A stretch of DNA of 64,000 nt from Camelus ferus (Eukaryota). The DNA lies in the NCBI RefSeq assembly GCF_009834535.1, contig NC_045696.1, positions 47,618,001 through 47,682,000 of the forward strand, written 5' to 3'. Position 1 is the stretch's first letter. Each line of letters begins with the position of its first letter. Below are positions 52,700-64,000 of the stretch, in pieces. The notes under the pieces are model-generated. The model saw nothing but the letters and a program-made list of their open reading frames with translations, had not been told where the DNA came from and did no database searches. The translations under genes were made by a program, and so were the position numbers.

Positions 52700-53497
52700 A
52701 CATGGTAACCAAACAGTAGGTAAGGGACGTTCTTCCTTATAGAAGTGTTAGAGGTAATAAGTGATGAAAATACAATGGAATTAAAATACAAGATTTTGGA
52801 GCTCCTAAGGGACCTGACCTTTGATCATTAACTGTTCATATCACTAAAAGAGAAACAACTGAACAATATATGGCTCCTGATAGAACACACTACCACCTAT
52901 GAAGTATCTTGACAAGAAAAAAAAAAAAACACACACACATGCACATTTGAATTTGATCAAGCTGCTAGATTCTACCAATTTACAAAGAAATAAACCGACT
53001 GAAAGAATGCAGTAATGCAGTAAGCAAAATTTAAACTATGAAAACTGTAAGACAACCAACCCAGTTTTTCCTATGAATAAACTGCAAAAAAAAAAAAAGA
53101 AAGAAAGAAAAGAAAAAGAAAGAGAAAGAGTGAGCGATAAAGAGAAATGTAAGGATAGAGTAGAGGGACTATGAATTATATTATCACAGGAAATAAATAG
53201 AAATGAAAACAATAGATTGGATATTTTATGATATTAAGAAAGCACTGATAATTTTTAGGTGTAATATATATAATGTGGTTATGTTCTTACACAGGGTTCT
53301 TTAACAATACATGCTAAAATATATACAGATATAACTGTATAGTGTCTGGAATTTCCTTCATAATTCAGTTTGGGGGCAGTAGGTAAAAGTACAGATAAAA
53401 CAGTTTGCCCAGGAGTTGATAATTGTTGAGGTTCGATGATGAGTTTCTGATTTCATAATATTCTCTTTAAATCTGTCTAGTTTTGCAATTTCCCACA
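52700..53497 (+). mobile_element. Old L1MC-like 3' UTR, resuming briefly at 53908-53935 after the LTR
   Basis: cctgatagaacacactaccacctatgaagtatcttg; ggatattttatgatattaagaa; gagttgataattgttgagg. Confidence 0.7.
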
Positions 53498-53907
53498 TAT
53501 ATTAGTTTACTAGAGCTGCCATAACAAAACACTGCTGACTAGGTGGCTTAAAACACAGAAATGTTTATCTTCACAGCTCTGGAGGCTGGAAGTCCAAGAT
53601 CAAGGTGTTGGCAGGTTTGGTTTCTTGAGAGACCTCTTTCCTTGGCTTACATATGGCAACCTTCTCACTGTGTCCTCACATATTCTCCTCTCTGTGCACA
53701 CCCATCTCTGGTGTCTCCTTGTGTGTCCACACTTCCTCTTCTTATAAGGACATCAGTCACATTAGATTAGGGCCCACCCTAATGTCTCATTTAAACTTAA
53801 TCGCCTCTTTAAAGGTCCTCTCTCCAGACACAATCACATTCTCGGGGTTGCTGGGGGTTAGGACTAAAACATATGAATTCAAGGGAGACACAATTCAGCC
53901 CATAACA
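53498..53907 (-). mobile_element. MaLR solo LTR (MLT1A/B-like)
   Basis: tatattagtttactagagctgccataacaaa...ctctggaggctggaagtccaagatcaaggtg...caattcagcccataaca; 5-bp TSD CCACA (53493-97) and CCATA (53908-12). Confidence 0.92.
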
Positions 53908-54195
53908 CCATAATAAAATGTTTTAAAATAAAAGATAAAATATAACATTGAAAATACAAAATTCTAAAAATACACTAGAATAAGTACATAAAATCTGTAA
54001 CTTCAAAAACTGAATTTTTAAAAAGTATGACACCTTTTAATATATACATAGGCCTCCTTAGTCAATGCATATCCCTAGCTGAATGTGATGTTTCAATTTT
54101 CCTGAAGTGCCTTTCTGAGATCTCAGAGACTTAACATACATCATAAGAGAAAGAAAATTCTGTTGTGAGCAGCTAGCTGTATCTTGCTACCAGAC

Positions 54196-54554
54196 TGTTA
54201 GGAGCTGAATGTTTGAGTCCTTCCTAACTTCACATGTTGAAACCTAATTCCCACTGTGATGGTGCGTGGAGGTAGGGCCTTTGGGAAGTCATTAGGTCAT
54301 GAAGGGGAGCCATCATGAATGGGATCAGTGCCCTTATAAAGGGAGGCCAGAGAGATAGCTCACTCTCTTTCCACCATGGAGGACACAACAGTATGTCGGC
54401 AGTCTGCAAACCAGAAGAGGGTCCTCACCAGAACCCAACTGTGCTGGCATCCTGATCTTGGACTTCCAGCCTCCACAACTTTGAGAAATGAATTTATGTT
54501 GTTCATAAACCAGCCAGCTTATGGTATCTTGCTATAGCAGCCCAAGCTAAGACA
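54196..54554 (+). mobile_element. MaLR solo LTR (MLT1A0-like)
   Basis: tgttaggagctgaatgtttg...gatcttggacttccagcctcc...tatagcagcccaagctaagaca; TG...CA termini. Confidence 0.92.
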
Positions 54555-54799
54555 TAGAGAACTGTCTACTTATAAAAGAATTATTCATCTAACAAATATT
54601 AGCCCTTACTTTCAAAATTACAAAAATTGAGAAACTGACATGAGTTAGGTGACAGCTTAATAGGAAGATCTGTAGCTGGCTAACTGCCCTCACCCAGTGT
54701 CCCATTTCTAACTCACTGGAGGTCACCAGTGGAGGGCCAGGTGCTTGATTTCCCTGTCCTGCGCAATAGGATTTAAATAAAATCATAGAGAAAATACTG

Positions 54800-55860
54800 G
54801 CCAAACCTAACATACCAGGAAAAATAGCACATTAGTTAAAAGTCAACATTAAATTCCAAAACAGGTCCTGACAATATTAAAAAATGGGCCTCATAAAGTG
54901 ATAAAACTTAATAGGAACAAATGTATGATTCTACACTAGGGTCCAAAAATACTTACTGGAAAAATATAAGGGAGGTATGGTTTAAGAAGAATACACAGTT
55001 AAACATTTTATTAAGAATTTTAATTGGTAATAAAGACACTGAGGGTCAATAATGTGCTTACCGAGAATTAATATATTAGGCTACAGCAACAGAATTACAA
55101 CAACTTAAAGACAGGATGATCCCATTTTATTCAAGGTTGCTAGAGTTTCATCTGACATTTTTTTCTAGGTGATACACTTTATAAAGAAGAGTATTAAAAT
55201 GGTGAATATATTTAATGTCATGTCAAATAAAAAATAGCAACAGAACTTGGAAATGTGAGGATAAAATAAGACTGAAGAGAGACAGAAAACTTCAAATATC
55301 TGGAGGGCTGCCATCTGAAAAGGCTTTAGGCCTATCCTTCATGGCCCCAAGAGGGAAGAATGAAGTTAGCCTTGCTAACTCCTCTTCATCCTTCAGTAAG
55401 TATCTCTTCCTCAGAGAGGTCTTCTCTGGCCTCTGAACTTTGAGCTCCTGATCACTGGCTTCCTTCCACACACACATTCTTCTCTGCTGGGCACCAATCC
55501 TACTTTCATTTGTCAAATTGTGTTAGTCCCACTCAATGGTAAATTCCCAGAGAGTGGGGGGACCATGTCTGATTTGTTGGTCCTATGACACTCAGTGCCT
55601 AGCGTAGATAAATGAATGAAGGAATGCATGAGAAATAGATTTGACATTAATATGGAAATGTATTTTTCCAACACAGCTGCACAAAGATTCATGGGATGCC
55701 TCAAGAAGTAGCAGTTTTTCTTTTGTGGGAAACCCTTGCTCATGCTTAAAATGCCATCCACTTGCCTGGGGCAGGGGTGGGTGAGGTAGAGGGGATTAAA
55801 GCATGGGGGACTGGATTAAATGGTTTTTAACCTTCTTGCCAACCTGATGCTCTGTGATCT
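54800..55860 (+). mobile_element. Degraded CR1/L3 fragments interrupted by an L2 3' end (~55390-55630)
   Basis: aagactgaagagagac...ttcaaatatctggagggctgccat (L3-like); cagtgcctagcgtagataaatgaatgaa (L2 tail). Confidence 0.5.
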
Positions 55861-57295
55861 GAGCTCCACTGGGAAAGGTTGTGCTCATTACATCATAGAT
55901 TTCATTTTAGCACATCGGCTATTTCTGATCCATTTTGGAAAACTTTAGTAATACGTTTCTATGTAACTGCTCCTGTTCAAACTCAAATTTCATTTTATAT
56001 TTATATCTTTTCCTCTTCCTTCTCTTCTTACTCCAAAAAAGCTGATGATAAGTATTTCCATTTTATTGTAAGGATGAACAAAGCTTCAGAAAACATAATT
56101 GCAGATACTGAAGTAAGGACAGACTCAGAGATGAGAAAAATACTTCTGAGATTCTCAGCATCAATTGTGTTGAAAGTGAATGCAGATTTGACAAATGAAA
56201 CAAAGTCATTACCTCTCCATTTCCCTTTCTGCTGATTTGATTTTTACAGCAGCCCAATTTTCCATAGAAACAGATCAGATTTACAGCAAATACAAAGATT
56301 GCATCTTTTATTTATAAGGCCAAAAAAATCCACCTAAATAATTTTCATTAAAATTGTGTCCTGTAATACTGGCTTTCAGAGTATGAGTCAAGCATTACAC
56401 AACTTTGCTTATTCCTGTGGGAATTAATTAAGCAAAGACCTTGAAGGTTAATCTCCTCAGCACAGCTCCCAAGACTACCAATTCTGACCTTGATTACTTG
56501 ATTCGGTTTGATAATGAAGTTTGGGGATGAAGCTGTGAGGTGTGTGAGCAAATACACATGCTCACTATCCTTTCTCCAGCCTCTGCTTTTCTTCTAGGGG
56601 AACAGCTTTGTGAGAGCATCTTCTAGCCTAAATTAGGCAATTACGGAATGAGGAAATCAACATGTTATTGATCATTAATACTTAAAATACAAATACAATT
56701 TACTTATTTTGAATCTTATTACATCCATGGAGAAGGTTTTGAAAAATTAGGTAGAAAGATAGGGAGAGGAAGTTACATGTGAGGGGAGGCTGGCAGGTGA
56801 CATCCTGGAGCTGAGAGTAGTGTTGGGAGAACACCCACGCACCAGGCAAAGGCACTTCCAGAGAGCTCCCACACAATCAGGACTGACTAAGACTGTCCTG
56901 AGTAAACTGGGGCTGGATCGAGATCATTCCTATCACCTTTAAACTTAATGCCTAACTTTTTCTGAGGATATAATCCCTTATTCTAAGGATAAGCAAGACA
57001 AGGAAGGGATTACAGAGAAAATAGGAGGACAGGGAAGTTACAGTTTTCAAATGCTCAATGTTTTCCTCTTGTACCGGGTCATGCTAGCATTTAAAGACCA
57101 GTGAGTAGATCCTTGATTTATATCACCTCACTCTGTATATTTCTATGTCTTCTACAGCTTTAAGCACACCTTCCAAATAATGCAGTCATTCCTACATTTA
57201 GAATAACTTCGAACATGTCTCTGAGACAAAAAAAAGTACATGTGAAAAAAGCATGCCTATGCTAAGCAAAAGTTACATGGATGTATCATTCAGAG

Positions 57296-57460
57296 AAGAG
57301 CTTATTAAACTTTAATGTGCATACACATCACCTGGACATCTTGCTAACAGGCAGATTTTAATCCAGTAGGTCATGGTTGGGGCCTGAGATTCTGCATTTA
57401 TAACAAGCTCTCAGGTGATGCTGTGGCTGCTGGTCCACAGATCACATCTGAGGAGGATTT
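57296..57460. mobile_element. MER5A-like MITE
   Basis: aaactttaatgtgcatacacatcacctgg...gggcctgagattctgcatttataacaagctctcaggtgatgctg. Confidence 0.85.
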
Positions 57461-58426
57461 AGACCATGATGTGAAAATCTGGCTTCGGCAGGAAATCTGT
57501 GCCCCCAACTTCATTTCCACCTTTATATTTTGCCCCCTAAGTTCCTGAGCTCTTTCCTGTTTCACTGGTATCAGAAAATTTCAGGACCAAGAAGAGTGGG
57601 TACAAAAGGAAAGAAAATATTCTGAAATTACAACTTCAAGTGGAGCAATAAGAAGATTTTAAGTTGTCTCAAGGGTAGACATACTTTTTGATATGCATGA
57701 ATTATACATACTTCATGCAAATCACTGAACGAATACATGGTAGCCTGTCTATTTCTTTCCATAAATGAAGCCCTATGTCTGCATAACTTAACGGAAGTTC
57801 ATTAAATTAATGCACAGCACACCATCATTGTTCAGGTATCTCTGGAGAGTGAGGCGATCTGAGTAAGTCAAATTTTCCGGATGACTGGAGTTTATCTTTT
57901 TACGTTTCCAAACAAATTTATTTTATTGATTTTTAATCTAAATCTTTCAGAATTATATATTCAATACCTGTTAGATATACAAAACAAGCTTTAATATATC
58001 TACAGTTATCCAGGGTCAGTGATGATTATTCTATGGCATGATGTAAGTACCATGCTACAGAAGGTATTGGGTGCATGTGGGGCTCTGCACTCCCACACAC
58101 ACAGTGTCCCTCTGGGGGCGTCTCAGGTTATTTCCAGCAAACTTTTGCCTGTTCCTATGCAATCAGCTGCCACTTCATATGCTCTGTGATTGTCCTCCTC
58201 TTACAATTTTTTAATCTGCAGCTTTATTTTTCCCATAATATTCTGGGGAAGCTTTTCAGACTGACTTTCTTCCCATTTCCCTCATGCTTGTTTTTTTAAT
58301 GCAGGTGCTCTCTTCCAGGGTTTTGAGTTACTGGTTCCCTGAATCAGTGCAATCATTCCGGCTTAAAGAAATCACCAAAGTCAATTCTCCCTTAAGTATC
58401 TCTTACTATGACTACTTAATACTCAC

Positions 58427-58581
58427 TGATCCCGGTGTCCTTACAGTACTGGACCAAGTACTGTCCCATGACTTTTAGAAGATGATTATACTCTTGGACA
58501 TTGAGAAATTCCTGTTTATTATGGGATGGTTCCATGATCTCCAGGGGTATATTAACAATGCCAACCACACCTGCACCAAGT
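58427..58581 (-). CDS. MORC1: MORC1 coding exon, 155 nt (S5-like domain, P-S-H-N-K-Q motif)
   Basis: ttcttccAG|ACTTGGT...GGATCA|GTGAGT; (L)LGAGVVGIVNIPLEIMEPSHNKQEFLNVQEYNHLLKVMGQYLVQYCKDTGI(S); lies within track ORF 58416..58667; phase 2 to 1. Confidence 0.98.
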
Positions 58582-59439
58582 CTGGAAGAACGCATACATA
58601 TATAAATTATATGAAATTTAGCTGAGGAAAAAGAAAAAGCAACTATACCCTGGTCTTTTGAAATCACTTTTCAAAACATAACTTCAGTTATTTGGTCTGG
58701 ACCATGTCAGAGTTTAACAAATTGTAATTATTTTGTTAAATAAATCTATAGTAATCCCAGGTATCTTTGGTTCCATAATACAAAAATCTCTTAATACATC
58801 ATTACTGAATTAATATGACACCTTTTCCAAATGTATAACCTTATATGGGGAGTCAGGGTGGGTGGGAAGCAGCAATCTTTTAGCATTAAACACCCCTAAC
58901 AATGCCTTGCAGTGATACACTGACACGGTCCTTTTAATGACACTGGCCAGAGAGTTACTTTCTTCATCCTCATCGCCTCTGTCAGGCTGGATTTCTCCTC
59001 ATTGCAGAGTTCCACGGGTGCTCAGAGAATTCTACTAAGGGAATATGCAGGTTAGATTATTCCATAAGGTAACAACTAGATGGATAAACTAGATTTTTTT
59101 TTTTTAACATTTTTAGCGGCTCATGGTATATGCAGCTGGGATATTCTCCTCAGTGACATGAGCTGTTTAGGGAAAGGACACCCAGGAGTCTAGCTCCTTA
59201 GGGACTCCCATCGCCCATGGCCCAGTACACAAGTCATGCCTTCCCAATTTGGGGCCCCTGCTTATCATGTTTTTCACCACTTCCCCCTTCCACCCTGCCC
59301 TCCCTTCACTATTCATTCTGTAAGTCTAAATCTGGGCATCATTTATTTCAGGAAAGCAGGCTTAACTTCCCCCAGTTTGGTTTACCACCCCTCCTAAAAG
59401 ACTCTTTTTGCACCTGATACTTGCCTCTAACATATATTT

Positions 59440-60190
59440 GTTTGTTCATTCATTTGGTGATTCATTCATGCTCAGTACCTAGCCCCAATCCAGGAACTAG
59501 CAATATATTATGAGTAAGAAAGAGAAGGTCCCTATTTATGAAGTTTCTCCTCTACTGAAGGGTGACAGGCATTAAGGGTGACAAGATCATTTCAGATGGT
59601 AGTGAGTGGGAAACACAGCAGGTCCTGTAGTACGTGAAGAGAGAGACAGGTGGAGAGGGTGAGGTCAAGGGCTAATTTTACTTAGACAGTCCAGCAAGAC
59701 CTTCCTGTGGAGGGGACTTCAGAGCTGGTGCCTGGGTGACATGCTAGGACCAGCAGTGAGATCTGAGGACAGAAGGTTCAACGCAGGGGGAACAGCAAAT
59801 GTCAAGGCTTCCTAAGCAGGAAGGAGCTTAGGACGGGTGAGGAACAGGAAGCCTGCTGGTGTGAGGGGAATGCACTGAGGGTAGGTGTGGGCAGGGGTGC
59901 CCCAGAGCCAGGCAGAAGCCAGATTACCGGAAGACTATGTTCTATTCCACATGCACTGGGATTTTAAGCAGGAGAGTAAACTAATTTATGTTTTAAAAGA
60001 TCATTCTTGCTGTTCCCACACAATATAAAAGATATGTATGCATACACTTGTCCATCTCACTGGACTACAAGTTCCTTAGCAAAAAGTAGTAGGTCTTCAC
60101 CATTTTGTCTGCAGAGCTTGGTAAGCACCTGGCTTGCATGTGTATGCACAGGACATTGCAAAACAAGAACTTGCTGAATGAACAAAGAAG
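59440..60190. mobile_element. L2 fragments (reverse ~59440-60015, forward tail ~60050-60190)
   Basis: ttcattcatt...; gcaggggggaacagcaaatg-like segment; ggattttaagcagg...tttatgttttaaaagatcattc; ctggactacaagttcctt. Confidence 0.6.
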
Positions 60191-60790
60191 TGAACCACCA
60201 ATTCCCCGAAGCGAGGAAGCAAGATGAAACGGATGTTGCCCTGAGCCATTCTTCTGGTCACGGTTATCCTGTCTGCCTCTGCACTTTTCTATGGTCTCTC
60301 TTCAGGACTCCATAATTCATGAGAGAAGCTGGTGGAGTTTCAGACCACTGGGAAAGTACTCTGGAATCCAAACAGGCTGGAGAGTGTTACTAACATAGGC
60401 TCATGCAGGTAACTGGCAGGAACTCATACACACAAGGGCTGCACAAAATGTTAACAGGGCTGCGTTATAAGGCTACAGATTTTTCTCTTCTAATATTTCT
60501 TCACTCTGCTTAGATTATTTATAAATTGGTGAAATATTAAAATGTAACCAAAGTAGATAGGACAAGAAATGGTAAAGTTTCCAAAAGCATGCTTTTTCTG
60601 TACAGCAGGCATGCAGCTCCACCAATATTATGAATTAGGCAGAATATTGCTTGTGCACTGATGGGAAGGGTGGACAGAGGATAGGACACCTGCTCCCATT
60701 ATGATTAATCACTTATCTAACTCCACAGACAGAATCTTACTGCAACCTCTCTCATCCTGCCTGTGCCTCTGAAAACAAAAACATACTTAC

Positions 60791-60934
60791 AAGGACTTCA
60801 GTTTTAGTTGTGGGCCCACTTTCTCATGCATTTTGATCAAGCGGTTATTACTGTAAATGAACATCCCAGCTTGGCTTTGGTTTTCTATGTTCACTCCAAA
60901 GAACAGGGAGAGTGTCCTTGCTTTTTTTAATTCT
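60791..60934 (-). CDS. MORC1: MORC1 coding exon, 144 nt (S5-like domain)
   Basis: tgctAG|AGAATTA...TCCTT|GTAAGT; (R)ELKKARTLSLFFGVNIENQSQAGMFIYSNNRLIKMHEKVGPQLKLKS(L); phase 2 to 2. Not in the ORF track. Confidence 0.96.
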
Positions 60935-61589
60935 CTAGCATTACATTTAGAAAGTTAAAAAAAAGTTTTATTTAATAAAAATATACAATTTACAGACTGT
61001 TAATAATTAAACTCAGAAGGTAAACATTAAAGGAACTGTAAATAAAACATCCAGGTATTTTGCAAAACCTCGTGGGCAACTCAGTACCTCTGTATAGCCA
61101 AGTATTTTGCATAAACATGATAGCCAATAATTAAACCAGTCAAACACAAGCATTCTTTGACTCAAAAATGAGTTTACCAATTTAAATTTATAAGAACTAG
61201 AAAGTGCAAAGGAGCTGTGAAATGTTAACTGGTCTAATAAGTACACTGCAGCATTTTTGAAAAATGATTTTGACTATTTTAAAATTTAGGTGTTTCTAAA
61301 CACTGGATGCGATTTCTAATTTTCAGCATGTTCTCACACCTCCAAATATCCTACATAGATTGGAATGTGACAAAAGATATTCTTTAGTTTTCTTTTTCCA
61401 AAATTAAAGATAAGTCAAAGTTAATACAGCAAGTTTACAAGGGTAACAGATATTAGTTCCTGTTTTTCTTACTCTGTCTGCTATGCTATGTTTTATGTGA
61501 CTTTTGCATTAAAAGTGTAAAGACAGAAATTGATACATAGCAGGAAATGATAGAAACAACCACAGTAACAGGATGCTGCTTGGAGCATG

Positions 61590-61790
61590 AAAAGCACCTG
61601 GATGTAAGAACCAGAAAGATGGAGCTGGCTTCAGATGCAAGTTCATCCTTGGAATAACCCTGCGACTATGGATGAGTGACTTCAACTTTCTGTCTCACCT
61701 GAAAAAATGGGAATAATACCTGCCCAGCCACTTGGGATGCCGAGAGGACTAGAGGAGATGATTTAAATATAATGTGAACTGATTAGGAGC
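61590..61790 (+). mobile_element. MIR SINE
   Basis: gtgacttcaactttctgtctcacctgaaaaaatgggaataatacctgcc. Confidence 0.65.
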
Positions 61791-63135
61791 CTAGCAAATG
61801 TTATTTTCTTTTCTCAACCAAGAATAGTACCAAATATAACTCTTCCTCTCCACCCATTCTGTAGCTCCTCTCATTCCACAAAAACAGCTTTTCTTTTCAA
61901 ATTCATGGCCATGGGCCATTACAACTGACATAACATAGTTACTGGACTGATTAGAAGTATCCATCACTAAAGGACAATGATAAAGTTCTATCAGTCCTTT
62001 TATGTGGATATGATACACAGAGTACATCAGACTTTCTGAGGGAGTGATTGACATATATTACGTATTTTTAAATGCATATACATGTCGGGTTAAATATGTA
62101 TGAATCAAACTTTTTTTCAAAAATGTCTACTCAATAATTAAATCACTATTGTTCCACGAAAAAGAATACTGACTTTGTAAGGGATCCCAAAACAGGGTGT
62201 TAGAGGATATTACTCTGTGATGTTACGTGGCATACTGATTGTCTTTACATTTTAAAAAAGCATTCTGCTATAAAGACAAGTTCATGTCAACTGGCTTTAT
62301 AAAATACAGGTTGGTCACCTTTCATGCCTATCATTATGATGGCAAAAAAGTCAACAACCAGCTTTTTCTTTCTGAGGACTTTAAAGAGGCCTTTGCTTTT
62401 CAATGAAGATTTCTATGGCATTTATTTAATATTAATTTTGATGAATGCAAAATTAACATTTCCAATTTAAATTTTGAGGAAAGTTATGGTTATACAGCAC
62501 TTTATGGTTCACAAAAAAATGCTTAAAACTAGTAATTCTTCCCTAGAAATTTGTTTCTTGAAATTATCATGGATTTTAAAGTGTGACTTTACTTGACAAC
62601 AGTGATTACTTTCAGTTTAACTTGCTTAACACCTGAGCTGGACAGCAAGTCAACCTTACCAATGAAAATAATGGTTTTGTAATATAGGCTTGCTATTTTT
62701 ATTTTGCCCATATATAAGTGACACATTTATTTGAAATATATTCTATCTTAAACTGTAAGCAGTGCTAGAAAAGGGAAGGAATTAGAACCAATCCTCCAGA
62801 GTTTAAATGGTAAAGGACACAGAGAAAATGAAGCTGGCAGCTGATCTCCTGGGAAGTTCTCTTCCTCATCCAATCAGACACTGAACTAATTTTTCACTCT
62901 GTGCTTAGAAGTTTTAACATTACGTTAATATGTGCATACATGAAAATATGATTTTATAAATACTTTCCATTAGTTATGTTGGTTGGGGGATTTTGACCAT
63001 ATTATGCTTAATATTATAAAATATCACAGGTTGAGAAAGAGAAACTCACAAAATCACCAAATCTGCCTACTCAGAAATTAGAATGTTTTAACGTAGTGTA
63101 AGGATTTTAGCAAATAGAAAACCTTATTATCTTAC

Positions 63136-63200
63136 CTTCGCTTCTCTTGAAGAATCTTATGCTTTGCTTTTACATCTTCCGAAGCTTTTTGTAATACATC
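63136..63200 (-). CDS. MORC1: MORC1 coding exon, 65 nt (coiled-coil insertion in the ATPase module)
   Basis: cttctccAG|GAT...CGAAG|GTAAGA; translates DVLQKASEDVKAKHKILQEKR(R), similar to recalled human DVLQRALEDVEAKQKNLKEKQR; phase 0 to 2. Confidence 0.93.
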
Positions 63201-64000
63201 CTGGAGAAGCACATTTGGTTAGTGAGAGAACATAATGCCATTAAATTAATGAGCACTGAGCTGATATTTATTATCCTATTATCCAAAGGTTTCACAAGGG
63301 TAATAGTGATAGGTCACAGTGCCCAATGCAATTCTACCTGAGAAGATACTCAATAAATACTTGATAAATGATTACGTTCCAAAAGCTACGAAGACAAACC
63401 AAATTCTGGCCCACAGGTTCTCTTTCTGCACATATTCTGATGTCTTCTCTGTTTTTCAGAGAAAGAGACACTGCTCCCTGTAATGTCACAGTGGTTTTCA
63501 CACAAACTACATGAAAGCTTGGGAAAGCCATTCAATGTACCTAGACTCTGGCTTTGGTCTGTGAGAACATAAAATACTGAATCACGTGATCCACCACTAA
63601 GGCTTCTTTCGGGAGTGGGTGGAGATTACAATTAAAAAATTTGTCAAAGGCCAAAGAAAATGTCTCCTTTTTACCAAGTTCCATACTCCCCAAACTTTCC
63701 CTTGATAGGCAATCCCATCCCCCCACTTTCTCCCTCTCACAGGTCCTATACCAGTGCCCATCTGTCTTCCTTCTCTTTTAATTTGATATATTAGCTCATT
63801 CACTGCCCTATCTCCAGAATGTTCCCTCCAGTCAGGCAGAAAAGAAATTATGCATTATTACTATCTCACAAATAAGAACAGACTTTTAATGTACTGTATC
63901 CACCTGAAGTGAAAGATGGGCATCTCATTTGATGGGTATACCACTGACTGAACCTTGTTTTCACTGACTTTAAAGTAAAAGAAAATGGTAAATTGTTGGT

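Larger units (their letters stand above)
1..64000 (-). other. MORC1: Internal portion of the MORC1 gene (MORC family CW-type zinc finger 1); both ends lie outside the window
   Basis: Nine collinear minus-strand exons splice into one open frame matching recalled mammalian MORC1 (e.g. GAGVVGIVNIPLEIMEPSHNKQEFLNVQEYNHLLKVMGQYLVQYCKDTGI and IIQCDLCLKWRVLP). Confidence 0.97.

Noticed and set aside
63338..63477. Possible extra MORC1 exon (ttacAG|GGAG...TCAG|GTAGAA)
   Set aside because: 140 nt (not frame-preserving as a cassette), poor pyrimidine tract, and no similarity to the expected upstream peptide (recalled AESILKEAQIKVNQ...).
1..64000. Prokaryotic or viral systems (CRISPR arrays, operons, intact ERV or non-retroviral endogenous viral ORFs) and U12-type introns
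   Set aside because: None seen: no spaced direct-repeat arrays, only solo LTRs, and none of the nine exon donors has the RTATCCT U12 consensus.

Overview
Mammalian nuclear DNA, very probably camelid (Camelus/Vicugna/Lama), based on a vic-1-type tRNA-derived SINE at ~37.0 kb. The whole window lies inside the MORC1 gene (germline GHKL-ATPase/CW-zinc-finger transposon silencer) on the minus strand. Nine intact coding exons were read by hand with canonical GT-AG ends and mutually consistent phases (63136-63200, 60791-60934, 58427-58581, 41114-41239, 38291-38396, 33294-33432, 16735-16800, 15536-15781, 10132-10236). They encode the end of the ATPase/S5 module, the CW finger and the start of the disordered C-terminal half. 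Both gene ends are outside the window. The rest is intron with L1 (including a nested pair), L2, MIR, CR1, MaLR/ERVL LTRs, DNA-transposon remnants and microsatellites. Most ORFs in the supplied track are L1 debris or chance. I found no convincing new multi-component biological system. The best leads are: (1) a decayed MORC1 exon at 15302-15352 that has lost both splice sites; (2) a dense ETS/GATA/E-box/RUNX/CCAAT motif cluster at ~50.8-51.4 kb; (3) a near-perfect CTCF motif at 29.6 kb; (4) a short TSD-flanked non-L1 insertion inside an old L1. Comparisons to human MORC1 and repeat subfamily names come from recall, not from a search, and repeat boundaries are approximate.
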